Program-made: the position numbers and the translations under genes
Shown: positions 28,501 to 38,542 of the stretch, in pieces
Numbering within the stretch: the stretch's first letter is position 1
Layout: each line of letters opens with the position of its first letter
NCBI GenBank assembly: GCA_000002435.2
Contig: CM018789.1
Direction: 5' to 3' (one strand)
Length of the DNA: 64,000 nucleotides
Source: Giardia intestinalis
Lineage: Eukaryota
Notes under the pieces: generated by a model
Database searches by the model: none
What the model was told of the DNA's origin: nothing
What the model saw: the letters and a program-made list of their open reading frames with translations, nothing else

Positions 28501-31500
28501 GGCTCCGACGCACTCGATACGGCCATGCTTTGCGGCATAGGTGAGTGCAGTATCACCTGCCGGTGTCACTATGTTGGCCTCAAGTTTAGCCAAGATTTGC
28601 ACGCATTCTACATGTCCATACGTAGAAGCAAACATAAGTGCAGTTAGGTCGAAGTTGTCTTGAGATCCAGCTTCATATGGAGCAAGCACTTTACACGCGT
28701 CCGCGTGTCCATAAATAGCTGCTAACATTAATGCAGTCCTTCCCTTAGAATCAGTGAGAGTAGCTTCAGTTGCAACTAGCTCTTTGATGGAGTTACAGTC
28801 GTCTACCATGGCCGCTATCATAAGGGCCGTTGGCTCAACCACTGGGAAAATCCCTCTTGTGTTGAAGCTGCCCTGAAGTCTTGTCCCGCTCTCCACACTC
28901 TTTAAGACGCTAACACACTCATGATGACGGTTAAGCACAGATAAGTGTAGCGCGTTATACCCCCTCTTGTTATAGTTGCCGTGCATATACAAAAACGCTT
29001 TTACATATCCTACCTCTCCAGAGATAGCCTTCTGCATGAGCTGCGTATTTCCATCATCATCTAGCAAAACATCTACCCTTAATGAGTTGACTAATTCATT
29101 AGTAAAGCAGTCCTTGCGTGCGAAAGAAGTAGCAATAGCGTATGCGGTAACACCGTTTGTCATGCAAAGATCGCGCTCTTCTAGGAGCAGTGGGATAAGT
29201 GTAAGTCTAGCGAGCAACACAGCTATCATAAGAGCTGTTTGACCTGCTGTAGTTTGTTGACGCAGTAAGCCTTCCTTAATATACCTTTTTACGGCATGAA
29301 TATCATCTGCTAGAACCGCAAACATAAGCTGCGTATATCCTGCGCTCATCAAGAGAGCCCTTTCGACAGACGCTAAAATTGCTATGGAAGTTAAGTCTCC
29401 TGAGATCATAGCTAACTCTGCAGCAAAGTGACCATCTGCATCGACCATGTTTGCTTCGTAATGCACGAGAACTTCAACAATTGCTGAGTGTCCCTGAGAT
29501 GCTGCAAACATAAGCGCCGTTTGGTGCATGTTGTTGGTGGTTTTTGCTAAGTATATACTTGCATGCACTCCGGCTAGATCTCCATGTAATGCAGCACGAT
29601 GCAGCGTAGTATTTCCATTACTATCTGCGGACGGAGAAGGACCAATAATCCGTTGTAGAGCTAAATGGTTGTGCCTCATTTGCTTCTCCCAGCGGCTCAG
29701 CATTTCTGGATCAAGATGTAGCGATGAAATCATGCTCGTGACCATGTCACCTTTAGCTAGGTTTGCGCTTGAAGTTTGCAGATCATCAGTTATAGTCTCT
29801 GTTGTACTAGCCTCAGAGCCGTGTTCAGACGTGTTAGAATATATGGACACTGGTGGGACAAAACCCAGTTCGAGAGGAACGATAAGATTACAAAGCTCCT
29901 TGTTACCGGATTGAATGGCAAGTTGGGACGCTTTTATTCCCTGCTTAGTTTGAAGTCCCACTTCGCTTCCTAGTAATATCCTCGCTACATCAACATGCCC
30001 AGCTGCACATGCCAGCATCAACGCTGTTGTTCCATCGTTTGCCTGAAGACCATAGAGTGTTGTCTTGGAAGTGACCTGGTCCATACGACCATAGAAGGCA
30101 TCGATCATGAGATCTGTGTAGCCATCTTCAACTAAAAAATCTCGCTCTACTGGCAATAATACATCAACCATATCTTTGTTACCGGCCAAGAGCGCGCACT
30201 TTAGAGCATAGGATTGCCCATCTGTTGACCGCATTCCTGATTCTGCCTCTAAAAGTGACTGATCGACGCACCTGCATCCACGCGTACCTGCTCTCAACAT
30301 CAGTGCAGTTAATCCGGCGCCATTGTATAATTTATACTGATAGGAATATTGCTTAGTAATTATAGGACCTTTCGTAATGGCTATTCGATGCAGATCATAG
30401 TTTCCTTGCTCATCAACTATGCTGTCAGGCTCGAGCATGGACAATAAGTGCTTGTGACTATTACGTTGCGCAATTTGCCAAGCTGTCTCCCCATCTGCAG
30501 AGACGATACTCTTTGTATCAAGTAGAAGCTCACAACAATCTGCATGACCTTTGGCTGCTGCATACATTAGTGCTGTCCATCCCTTGCTATCAACAAGGTT
30601 TTTCTGAGACTGAAGACACCATGTGTAATTAAAATTGCCTGCATCTGCTGCCTTCATGAGAGGTGTCATCACATGCTCAGAGCCTTGCTCGCAGAATGTG
30701 ACATCGGTAGCAGGTGGCCCTTCATAGTCCTTCAAGATAGCGCACGCCTCTTGATAGCCCATGCGAATAGCTATAGTAAGTGCGGTAGCATCTGTAAAAC
30801 TTCGTATATTATTCTCTAGTGGCGCCAAAAGATCGATGATATCCGTATGATTCATTATGGTGGCTTTCATGAGAGCCGTTTCACCGGCCTTATCTACCAG
30901 CCCTGCCTCTACACTTGCTAGTCTTGCAACAGCAGAAAGAGATCCTGCTTCTGCCGCAAACATAAGTGCGGTCTTTCCAATAAGACTGGTCGAATCTGGA
31001 TCAGCTATCCAATCTTGCTGATCAACCTGCATGCCACCTTCGACATCAATTAAGTATTCGATAGCCTGCTGATTTCCGTACTTGGCCGCCAACATCAATG
31101 CAGTCATGCCAAAGACATTCCTTAATCGTGCCTGTCGTAAGTAACAAAATGTGCTAAAGGGATCCTTATTAACTACGGCTAGCATTAGGTCAGTGTTGAA
31201 ATCACTTTCTGCCGTGGGGACGGTGTCGCTGGGACCTTCATACTGAACGAGCTCCCGTGCCAACTCCAAGAATCCGTTGGTATATGCTATTTGAAGTGCT
31301 GTAAGGCCATCAGGAGTGCGGCTACCTTGCTCATATGGAGCTAATATCCGCGCTGCATCAATATAATTCTTCTCTGCACAATAGTGAAGTGCAACCCTTC
31401 CGTCCCTGTCTGCAATGCCATGTCCATGTTGTGCAAGAATCCGAATCGCAGGGAGATAGTCTTTCTGCGTTGCTTTGTGTAGTGCAGTAAATCCGTCTTC

Positions 31501-32796
31501 GTCTGGTATGGCTGATTGTTTCTCACGCCAATACCATACTGAATCAATGTCTTCTGCCTCAACGGCAAACAAAAGGTTCGTCATGTTGTGGTTTGAAACC
31601 ACCAATGAATGATCTTGTCTTTCTAAATCGTGCAGAGCCAGTGCTATGTCAAGATGTCCGCTTTTTAGTGCATAGTGGAGTGCTGTGTGTCCCTCAGATG
31701 ATATGCGCATTGCTTCTGTGTTTAGTAACACTTGGACAATTTCATAATATCCCAAGCTCGCAGCCTCCATGAGAGCTGTCTTTGGACACAATGGAGGCGA
31801 AGTCAGACCGCGTCCAAGAAGTGCTGTAACACGGTCGAGATTCTTCTGCCTAACAGCATCTACTAAGGCGTCATACGGTGGCATAGTAAAGGCCAATCCA
31901 GTGCGTGATAGATCCTGCACGGATATGCGAGGATCAAACGTTCGTGCGGTTGAAGTTACCTTCGTCGCGCTCAGCTCAACTTGCGGGGCATTTGTGCTCC
32001 CAGGGGACATAGCGACTTGATGGTGTTGTGACAGCGTAGATAATAGTAGCTGGTTTTGAGTAGTAGCTCCATATTCTTCAAGATCAAAAACACCTACCCC
32101 TGCTGATCCCTTAGCACAGCTTATTGTAGATGGAAAGTCATCACCCATCTCTAGTGCTTGAATTAATAAGTCCAATTCCTTAGTGTATGCCTTTGATTCT
32201 TGAGTTGGAAGATTGATCCCTACAATCTTGGTCAAGAGTCTTGCAACGCTCCTAATATCGGTAACTAGGTTAGCACTCGCATCCAGACCATATCCTAATA
32301 AGGCAATGCGTGATGTGTCTGTAAGAATAACAGTCTCAGCTGAGATGGCCCCATGAGATGAAAAGAGACCATTGTATCCCGGGGTATTAGAAAGAAATGT
32401 AACTGCATCACGCAGCTGACTATAGATATCATAAATTTCTGCCTCTGTGAATGGTTCATTCCCCGTGCTCTTCACATTAATAACTTCCGCGAGAGAGGGC
32501 TTATCGGAAAACAAAGAGACAAGGTATCCTCTGTGTGCGGAGTCGCTTATATAATCGATATATGGAACCAGGGTCCGCGGTGCACGACTAATAAGCCCCA
32601 CAGCGTACTGAAAAACACCTTCTATTGTATCAGCGCAAATACCGGGTACTTGGAAGAGTAAGCACTGTTTCCCATCAGATTCTCGCTGGGCATGTTGCAC
32701 ACGCGCATTGTTTAACGGCTCCAGTAAAATGTAGCTGTCAAACTTCCCTCTCAGCATCTCCTTTCTTTGCCAAAATTGAAGCTCAGTTAAAAACAA
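28399..32796 (-). CDS. NEK-like pseudokinase fused to a long ankyrin-repeat array (Protein 21.1 / NEK family of diplomonads)
   Basis: The N-terminal 270 aa have a kinase-fold pattern with degenerate catalytic motifs: no VAIK Lys, HGAISAETVIL in place of HRDxKxxN, and LLGYGL in place of DFG. More than 25 ANK repeats follow (GxTALMxAAxxGH...). Length 1465 aa. Confidence 0.8.
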   Translation of the reverse strand: MFLTELQFWQRKEMLRGKFDSYILLEPLNNARVQHAQRESDGKQCLLFQVPGICADTIEGVFQYAVGLISRAPRTLVPYIDYISDSAHRGYLVSLFSDKPSLAEVINVKSTGNEPFTEAEIYDIYSQLRDAVTFLSNTPGYNGLFSSHGAISAETVILTDTSRIALLGYGLDASANLVTDIRSVARLLTKIVGINLPTQESKAYTKELDLLIQALEMGDDFPSTISCAKGSAGVGVFDLEEYGATTQNQLLLSTLSQHHQVAMSPGSTNAPQVELSATKVTSTARTFDPRISVQDLSRTGLAFTMPPYDALVDAVRQKNLDRVTALLGRGLTSPPLCPKTALMEAASLGYYEIVQVLLNTEAMRISSEGHTALHYALKSGHLDIALALHDLERQDHSLVVSNHNMTNLLFAVEAEDIDSVWYWREKQSAIPDEDGFTALHKATQKDYLPAIRILAQHGHGIADRDGRVALHYCAEKNYIDAARILAPYEQGSRTPDGLTALQIAYTNGFLELARELVQYEGPSDTVPTAESDFNTDLMLAVVNKDPFSTFCYLRQARLRNVFGMTALMLAAKYGNQQAIEYLIDVEGGMQVDQQDWIADPDSTSLIGKTALMFAAEAGSLSAVARLASVEAGLVDKAGETALMKATIMNHTDIIDLLAPLENNIRSFTDATALTIAIRMGYQEACAILKDYEGPPATDVTFCEQGSEHVMTPLMKAADAGNFNYTWCLQSQKNLVDSKGWTALMYAAAKGHADCCELLLDTKSIVSADGETAWQIAQRNSHKHLLSMLEPDSIVDEQGNYDLHRIAITKGPIITKQYSYQYKLYNGAGLTALMLRAGTRGCRCVDQSLLEAESGMRSTDGQSYALKCALLAGNKDMVDVLLPVERDFLVEDGYTDLMIDAFYGRMDQVTSKTTLYGLQANDGTTALMLACAAGHVDVARILLGSEVGLQTKQGIKASQLAIQSGNKELCNLIVPLELGFVPPVSIYSNTSEHGSEASTTETITDDLQTSSANLAKGDMVTSMISSLHLDPEMLSRWEKQMRHNHLALQRIIGPSPSADSNGNTTLHRAALHGDLAGVHASIYLAKTTNNMHQTALMFAASQGHSAIVEVLVHYEANMVDADGHFAAELAMISGDLTSIAILASVERALLMSAGYTQLMFAVLADDIHAVKRYIKEGLLRQQTTAGQTALMIAVLLARLTLIPLLLEERDLCMTNGVTAYAIATSFARKDCFTNELVNSLRVDVLLDDDGNTQLMQKAISGEVGYVKAFLYMHGNYNKRGYNALHLSVLNRHHECVSVLKSVESGTRLQGSFNTRGIFPVVEPTALMIAAMVDDCNSIKELVATEATLTDSKGRTALMLAAIYGHADACKVLAPYEAGSQDNFDLTALMFASTYGHVECVQILAKLEANIVTPAGDTALTYAAKHGRIECVGALAPYEAKAHGVRAAAAASEAARGAVQGLIQGWL

Positions 32797-32835
32797 GGCC
32801 TGCTCACGGTCTCAAAATTCAATATCTGGATTTCA

Positions 32836-35800
32836 ATGGAAACACCATGCTTTTCTATACCAACATCTACAACGGTAATCCAGCCCGAGCAGCCGATCGT
32901 TAGCACAGTCAATGAGTCTACTCCTTGTGCGGAGTACTCTATTCCAACCCAGATTTGGCTCGCTGACCAGCTTACAAAATTGAGCCCTGCACGTTTGGCT
33001 CCATTTGACGATTTACTGGAACCAATAGAGGTCCCTACAAAAACAAAAGTCCCGTTCTTGCAAGATGAGGAGCTAAAGGCTCGGGTTATCCAAGAGGCAG
33101 TACAAGCAGAGAAGGATCGGAGGGACTCAATGATGCTCAAGGCAAGAGGGCGGTTTGCACAGCTGGTGCATGAAAGCGCAACAGAAGGTAGGCCAAAGTC
33201 TGCAATCTTTCTGGCTCCGGAGCGAGCAGCCACTCAGTATTCAAAGTTAACCATTAATGAACCCGTCAATAATAGCGAGTTACACCGACCTCCGAGCATA
33301 GATTATGTAAAAAGTAGAACCGTGAGCTCAAAACTGGACAAACACATATCCGAGTACCCCGAATACAAAGAAGCAATGACAAATCAGCGGCAACAACGTA
33401 AAACAAGTAGAAAAGCTGCCTCTCCATCTTGGAGAAGTGTCCGTGCAAAATCTCCAGAGTCCGTTGATGGCATTCTTGCTAAAACTGCCCCACAACTGTT
33501 AGATAATAAGAGATTCAAGCCTCAATACCACCTCGTCGAGACATACGTTGATAACCTCAGTACAACGCCGTTACAGAACTACAAAAGCATCGGGACAAAA
33601 GATACACGGCCTTCGTCGTGTTTTCTTTCATCAGAGAGAGATAAATATGTGCCATCTCTGGCGTACAGACAAAACAAAACAGAATCGGAGCTAAAAGCGC
33701 CTCGCCTTATGGCAGAAAAGGCTTCAGATCCTAAGCGTGCAAGGTGTACTGTTAGGTGCTCTTCTGCTAACGTAGAAGCACGAGAGAGACAGAACGAAGA
33801 TAGCAATGGTCTAAACCCAGTACCTTCGGAGCCCGCAGGAAAGCCTTCTCGTGAAAGAACATTGGCGCGAGAAACATTAGATAATAGAGATTTTTGCGTA
33901 GAGCGCTCCGCCCCGGATAGACTTATGCGAGAGACAGATAAAACCAAGCCAAGCAAGGAGCAGGTCACTAGAGCATTGGGAACACGATCTATAGCGTCTC
34001 GCTCTGTAACCAATCATACATATAAGCGCAACGAACGGTCAGTCAGCCCATGGAAGGATTGGCGTATAAAGAATAGTCTTTCCGTGCGTCAGCCAGAGGT
34101 GGTAACAGATCTACTTGTGACTGACGATAAGGGGAATGATCCACAGAAGCAGAAGGATTCTCTCATGGCTATAGCTAAACAAAAGGGCAAGGTTGATGAA
34201 CGCCTTCGTGACCAGGGTGTGAAAGCTAAGAGGAACATGAGTGGCGCACAAGAGAACCTACCGAACGATCCTGCTAGCGTTGATGCCCAGTATGAGACAA
34301 AAGATATAGATGCTAAAGCAATCAAGGCAAAATTAGATGAGAAATATGGGCAAAAACGCTTTAGGAATAATGTGTCAATGGAAAATAGCAGAATAGATAT
34401 AATAAAAGAGAATACAAACGCTATACAAGGTACTCAGCCAATCGACCGTAGGCTGGTGGCACAGTTGAGACAAGAGCACGTCAGGAAACTTGGCGCAGGG
34501 AGAAATTCTTCAGAACTTAGGTATAGCCCAAATAGGCGGGCACAGAGCATCATTGCAAAGGCCAAACAGTCTGCATTTTGTTTGGAGGACGAAGAATCAA
34601 GTACGGTATATGCCGACGGAAATGCACGCTCCCCAAGCTCTCGCAGAGGAGCCTCACTTCCACCGGATGAGCCCCACAGGATATCTGGTTGTTCAAGCAC
34701 GACAGCTCGATTAACGAATCGAATCCCGGTACATGATAGAATTAAGTACAAGACCAGTGCATATATTCCCGACTATTCTAAAACGTCTGGTAGAGACCAG
34801 AGCCCTGGACACAGGCACCTTTGTAATGTAAGTCCTATGGAGGCCCCGCAGTCAGCCCCAGCAAGAGCACGAGGAACCTCGTGTGGGAAAAGAGGTGCCC
34901 CTACTAGTCCGAGATATCATGATATGCAAGGTCTGCTATATACGCCAGCAGGCTTACCGGTTCCGAAATCTCTTGTATCTATGTTATCTGATAATATTCT
35001 CGGAAATATCAAGGAGATTCCCGCGTCCACCATTACTGCAGATGTAGAAGGAGCACAAACATTTCTCGTAGCCAGAGAACATACAGACTATACTGGGGTC
35101 AGGAGGTTTTCTGCGCAACGACCGATCTCAGTCAATGATTTGCACTCAAGTCCAGGGCGCAACCATGTCCCCATGTCCCAGCAATCTCCTCGCTCCAGGC
35201 CAATCACTCAATCTGGTATGCGATACGATTCCAAGAGAGCCGCAGAGCCATTCCAGCCTGTTGTAGACAACTTTGACTTCATGCCAAATGCGGAAGCGAC
35301 CATAGAAGAAGCGAACTTGGAACGGAAGCGCTATAACATGACACATCCGACCCTTACACTGGCAAGTAAGATGCCTAAAACGGGGAGGGAGGTTGTCCCA
35401 GGAAAGATGGCGGCTTACACGCTGACAAACCTGAATGTGCCTATGTCGACTATGATCACAAAAGCGAACGAGACTCAAGCAGGAGCAGAACTTCATAGAC
35501 CCATAATCTCGACAAGTCACTTTGACTATATAGAACAGCTAGACGTGCGCAGCGCTGGAGCATACGTGAAGCCAAGAGTCAAGGTCCCACGTATAATGCC
35601 AAACAAGTTTGAGGGAAGCAACATGGAAGCCAGCCGGTTGGGCCTAGACCTAAAGATTGGTCTTCTAGACGATGAATATATGCAAGGCAGTAAGTTTTAT
35701 GACAAGACGCACATAGATGACTGCTTTAAGAGTGTTGCCAGTTCTCCCTGCTTTTCCCTACAAACCACTAGACCAGAATTCGTTAAGAAAGGACATGATA

Positions 35801-35886
35801 TCACGTATAAAGTTAACTACAGTGCAGTTGAGCCTAGAATTGCAACAAGTCCGTCTATGGCGCGGCAAAGACGCCGTTTCAAGTAG
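32836..35886 (+). CDS. hypothetical basic, Ser/Arg/Lys-rich low-complexity protein, 1016 aa
   Basis: Long ORF. Composition rich in R/K/S/P, suggesting a disordered, possibly nuclear protein. The antisense ORFs within it are short. Confidence 0.55.
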   Translation: METPCFSIPTSTTVIQPEQPIVSTVNESTPCAEYSIPTQIWLADQLTKLSPARLAPFDDLLEPIEVPTKTKVPFLQDEELKARVIQEAVQAEKDRRDSMMLKARGRFAQLVHESATEGRPKSAIFLAPERAATQYSKLTINEPVNNSELHRPPSIDYVKSRTVSSKLDKHISEYPEYKEAMTNQRQQRKTSRKAASPSWRSVRAKSPESVDGILAKTAPQLLDNKRFKPQYHLVETYVDNLSTTPLQNYKSIGTKDTRPSSCFLSSERDKYVPSLAYRQNKTESELKAPRLMAEKASDPKRARCTVRCSSANVEARERQNEDSNGLNPVPSEPAGKPSRERTLARETLDNRDFCVERSAPDRLMRETDKTKPSKEQVTRALGTRSIASRSVTNHTYKRNERSVSPWKDWRIKNSLSVRQPEVVTDLLVTDDKGNDPQKQKDSLMAIAKQKGKVDERLRDQGVKAKRNMSGAQENLPNDPASVDAQYETKDIDAKAIKAKLDEKYGQKRFRNNVSMENSRIDIIKENTNAIQGTQPIDRRLVAQLRQEHVRKLGAGRNSSELRYSPNRRAQSIIAKAKQSAFCLEDEESSTVYADGNARSPSSRRGASLPPDEPHRISGCSSTTARLTNRIPVHDRIKYKTSAYIPDYSKTSGRDQSPGHRHLCNVSPMEAPQSAPARARGTSCGKRGAPTSPRYHDMQGLLYTPAGLPVPKSLVSMLSDNILGNIKEIPASTITADVEGAQTFLVAREHTDYTGVRRFSAQRPISVNDLHSSPGRNHVPMSQQSPRSRPITQSGMRYDSKRAAEPFQPVVDNFDFMPNAEATIEEANLERKRYNMTHPTLTLASKMPKTGREVVPGKMAAYTLTNLNVPMSTMITKANETQAGAELHRPIISTSHFDYIEQLDVRSAGAYVKPRVKVPRIMPNKFEGSNMEASRLGLDLKIGLLDDEYMQGSKFYDKTHIDDCFKSVASSPCFSLQTTRPEFVKKGHDITYKVNYSAVEPRIATSPSMARQRRRFK

Positions 35887-35908
35887 ATGAAGATGGGAAT
35901 AGATACAT

Positions 35909-37264
35909 TTAGCTCCTCTCTTCATATTTATCTAAGCACAGAAGACAATCTGTGGCCTGAAACTCTTCACACCACTGTCTCACGGTTTTCCCATGGGGGA
36001 ATTGTGAAGATGGAGGTTGCGATAGGTGGTATTCTTTAGGAAGAAGCAGCTCAAATGCTGCCTTTGCATTTGCCTGGCCGGCAGCCATCAGGGCGGTGAA
36101 TCCTGATCCGCACCTATGATGTCCACGTGTTATCAGTGAGCACTCCTTGGCCATCAGGAGTTGCACAGCAAAGACCCAATTATTTGCTGCTGCGATCATC
36201 AGCGCTGTCTCGCCAAAGTAATCGGATTGACCTGCCTCAGCCGGTGCCAGGATTGGAATTGCTTCCATAAAGCCTTCTTTGCATGCAATGATAAGTGCCG
36301 TTTCCCCACAAGCCATTTGCTCACCACCCTCAGCGGAGGCAAGAATATGTAGGGGTTCGATGTGATGATGAATTACAGCTGTTGCTAGGGCGGTATACCC
36401 AAGAAAATTCTTCTGTTTGCGCTGCGCTAAGTTTCTTTGAATCATGGGCAAGTCATTGACGGCGGCGGCTACAATGAGCGGAGTCGAGCCTACTGCGTCA
36501 AGAATACGATACTCTCCGTGAAGCACCTCAAAGGCCTGGAGAATATATGGAGAAGTGTTAAACTCGTGAGAGGTAATTCTATTCGATGGAGACGGGGCAA
36601 CAAAGCGGGTTAAAAGAGCTACCAACGACGAAGATGCCAGACTATAGGCTTCAGTACAGTGTCTGCGGTGTATTTGCGTATTGATGGCATATAGCTCCAA
36701 CATCAGAATACCAATACTATAAAGTGCAGAGCTAAAACTGGTTCTAGTAGGCTTGTGGTCTTTTTGGAGCAAAAGTGGATCAGCTGCTGGAAGTTTTGTA
36801 AAGAGAGACGGGTTTAGTGAAAAATAAATAGAGTCACAAAGAGAAAAGGCCAAAGAGCCGTTGTTTTCAAAGTACAAGGATGTTGGGAGAAAAGTAATGG
36901 TAAGAGGATAGCGTTGAAGCCAACCACCAAGCTTATAGTGCTCTAAGAAGAGCATCACTTGAAGGAGTATTTTGTAGAGATAGCTAACGTCTATGGTGTC
37001 TTCATGAAACAGACACGCAGCAGCAAAAGATTCTAGATTAATACCACTAGTACTAGGCTCTATGATGGCTGTAATCTGATTATCAGTACTTTCCACCTCC
37101 AAGATGCGACCTCTTGGCAAGGCCCCGGGTCTAATTTCTCCAGCGGACGTCACAATCATCCTCTGAAGGGCTCTAGCGTTGATACCTGTTACTGGAGGAA
37201 TGGTCGTGCAAACTCCCAAGCGCCCGCACTTCATCCGTGTCAGATGCCTTTCAAATGTACACAT
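35909..37264 (-). CDS. short Protein 21.1-type protein, with a degenerate kinase-like N-terminal region plus C-terminal ankyrin repeats
   Basis: C-terminal repeats (GYTALATAVIHHH, GETALIIACKEGF, GETALMIAAANNW, GFTALMAAGQANA) follow the ANK consensus. The N-terminus is not catalytically competent. Length 451 aa. Confidence 0.7.
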   Translation of the reverse strand: MCTFERHLTRMKCGRLGVCTTIPPVTGINARALQRMIVTSAGEIRPGALPRGRILEVESTDNQITAIIEPSTSGINLESFAAACLFHEDTIDVSYLYKILLQVMLFLEHYKLGGWLQRYPLTITFLPTSLYFENNGSLAFSLCDSIYFSLNPSLFTKLPAADPLLLQKDHKPTRTSFSSALYSIGILMLELYAINTQIHRRHCTEAYSLASSSLVALLTRFVAPSPSNRITSHEFNTSPYILQAFEVLHGEYRILDAVGSTPLIVAAAVNDLPMIQRNLAQRKQKNFLGYTALATAVIHHHIEPLHILASAEGGEQMACGETALIIACKEGFMEAIPILAPAEAGQSDYFGETALMIAAANNWVFAVQLLMAKECSLITRGHHRCGSGFTALMAAGQANAKAAFELLLPKEYHLSQPPSSQFPHGKTVRQWCEEFQATDCLLCLDKYEERS

Positions 37265-37279
37265 CGACCAATTTTAAAA

Positions 37280-38128
37280 ATGTCCATAGCAGATGCTGAA
37301 AAGCTGATCAAGTCTGCTGAAAAGAGTGCCAAGAAAGGTCTCTTTTCGAAGCCAAATCCAGATGCTGCACTATCTGACTATAGAGAGGCAGGAAAGATAT
37401 TCAAGCAGTTGGGTGCCATGGACCGGGCACAGATTGCTTTCACCCGAGCAGCAGAGTCTGCCGTCAGTGCTAAAATGGAGCAGCCTGCTGCCGTGCTATA
37501 TAGAGAGGCTGCAGAGTGTGCGAGACAACAGCTTGGAGTGGGAAGTGTTAAAAAGGCTGACGTGGCATCTTTGCATCGGAGATGTGCGGAATACATGTGT
37601 CTCGCTGGCAAGTTTCTAGAGGCGGCGCGAGAGTACGTCAATATGTGCAAATATCTTGACAGTACTAAGGATGTCGACTCGACAATGAAGCAAGCCCTTG
37701 CGTTGTTTGAACAGGAAAAAAGACCGATGCAGGCATGTAGCACAATAATGGAGCTTATAGATGCCATCTGTTTGGATAAGACACAACTAGGCAATGTACT
37801 CCAGCTTGTTGAGAAGGCCACGGAAATGTACCGTTCCATGGCCGGCTATGGATTTAAAGTAGACATGCTCACGCTCTTCCACATAGTACTTCTTCTTACT
37901 GCTGATGACCCCGAAAGAGCAAGAGAACAATTGCTAAGATTTGACAGTTTCAAAGATTCGGCAGCCATGGCGGAGGACATTATAAATGCGTATGAGAGTG
38001 GAGACAAGGAGGCCATGGACACCGCGAGAAGCAACAATGGTGCCCGCATCACCTTGACCAACAACATGCTCCGCGTCCTCGACCAGCTAGTGCCATCTGA
38101 AAAGACAGATGCCGAGAAGTACCTTTGA
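37280..38128 (+). CDS. alpha/gamma-SNAP (soluble NSF attachment protein) family, TPR-like
   Basis: MSIADAEKLIKSAEKSAKKGLF...PDAALSDYREAGKIFKQLGAMDRAQIAFTRAAE matches the SNAP N-terminal block. Length 283 aa is typical. The ORF track start at 37244 overlaps the upstream minus gene, so the Met at 37280 is preferred. Confidence 0.7.
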   Translation: MSIADAEKLIKSAEKSAKKGLFSKPNPDAALSDYREAGKIFKQLGAMDRAQIAFTRAAESAVSAKMEQPAAVLYREAAECARQQLGVGSVKKADVASLHRRCAEYMCLAGKFLEAAREYVNMCKYLDSTKDVDSTMKQALALFEQEKRPMQACSTIMELIDAICLDKTQLGNVLQLVEKATEMYRSMAGYGFKVDMLTLFHIVLLLTADDPERAREQLLRFDSFKDSAAMAEDIINAYESGDKEAMDTARSNNGARITLTNNMLRVLDQLVPSEKTDAEKYL

Positions 38129-38130
38129 GC

Positions 38131-38137
38131 AGTGAAT
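38131..38137 (+). promoter_or_regulatory. putative polyadenylation signal AGTGAAT 3 nt after the alpha-SNAP stop
   Basis: Matches the diplomonad AGTPuAAPy motif. Confidence 0.4.
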
Positions 38138-38527
38138 TTACCCTTTGACTTTGCTTTTGGCTACACGCCCAAGTCCTGGAATGACAAACGAGGGCTTTGT
38201 GGGCTTTGTAGGGGCGGACTTGTGTGCAGATTCCGTTATCGTAGGCCTTTGGGGTGGCGCAGGCTTTACTCTTTGGGTTGCGCTTGATGTGGAGGGCTTC
38301 ACAGGGATAACATCCTTATCCTGTGTAAAGAATGCCACCTCCTCGCCCCGAAGAACAACCAAGCCAAGGCTGCGGGCACTTTCTTTAACGCGGCAGCAAC
38401 AAGACGAAATAACCATGTTCATATGCCTATCAATGGCTAGCAGCGTCCCTGTGTAAACGTAACCATTCAATGCATGCACCGTCAACGGAGAACCCACGTA
38501 GTTCACTAACTTTGGGGCCCTTACCAT
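38138..38527 (-). CDS. Sm-fold small nuclear ribonucleoprotein, SmB-like with a Pro/Lys-rich C-terminal tail
   Basis: The Sm1 motif (LNGYVYTGTLLAIDRHMNMVIS) and Sm2 motif (RSLGLVVLRGEEVAFF) are both present. The tail KPAPPQRPTITESAHKSAPTKPTKP resembles the SmB/B' Pro-rich extension. Confidence 0.7.
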   Translation of the reverse strand: MVRAPKLVNYVGSPLTVHALNGYVYTGTLLAIDRHMNMVISSCCCRVKESARSLGLVVLRGEEVAFFTQDKDVIPVKPSTSSATQRVKPAPPQRPTITESAHKSAPTKPTKPSFVIPGLGRVAKSKVKG

Positions 38528-38542
38528 TTAATCACGCCTCTT

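Noticed and set aside
27931-28647. ORFs of 60-238 aa in several frames of the GC-rich island (27931..28647, 28073..28312, 28077..28343, 28106..28513, 28374..28556)
   Set aside because: They are a typical artefact of high GC, with stop codons depleted. The products are Arg/Pro/Gly/Ala-rich and mutually overlapping. The true C-terminus of the ANK gene occupies one frame.
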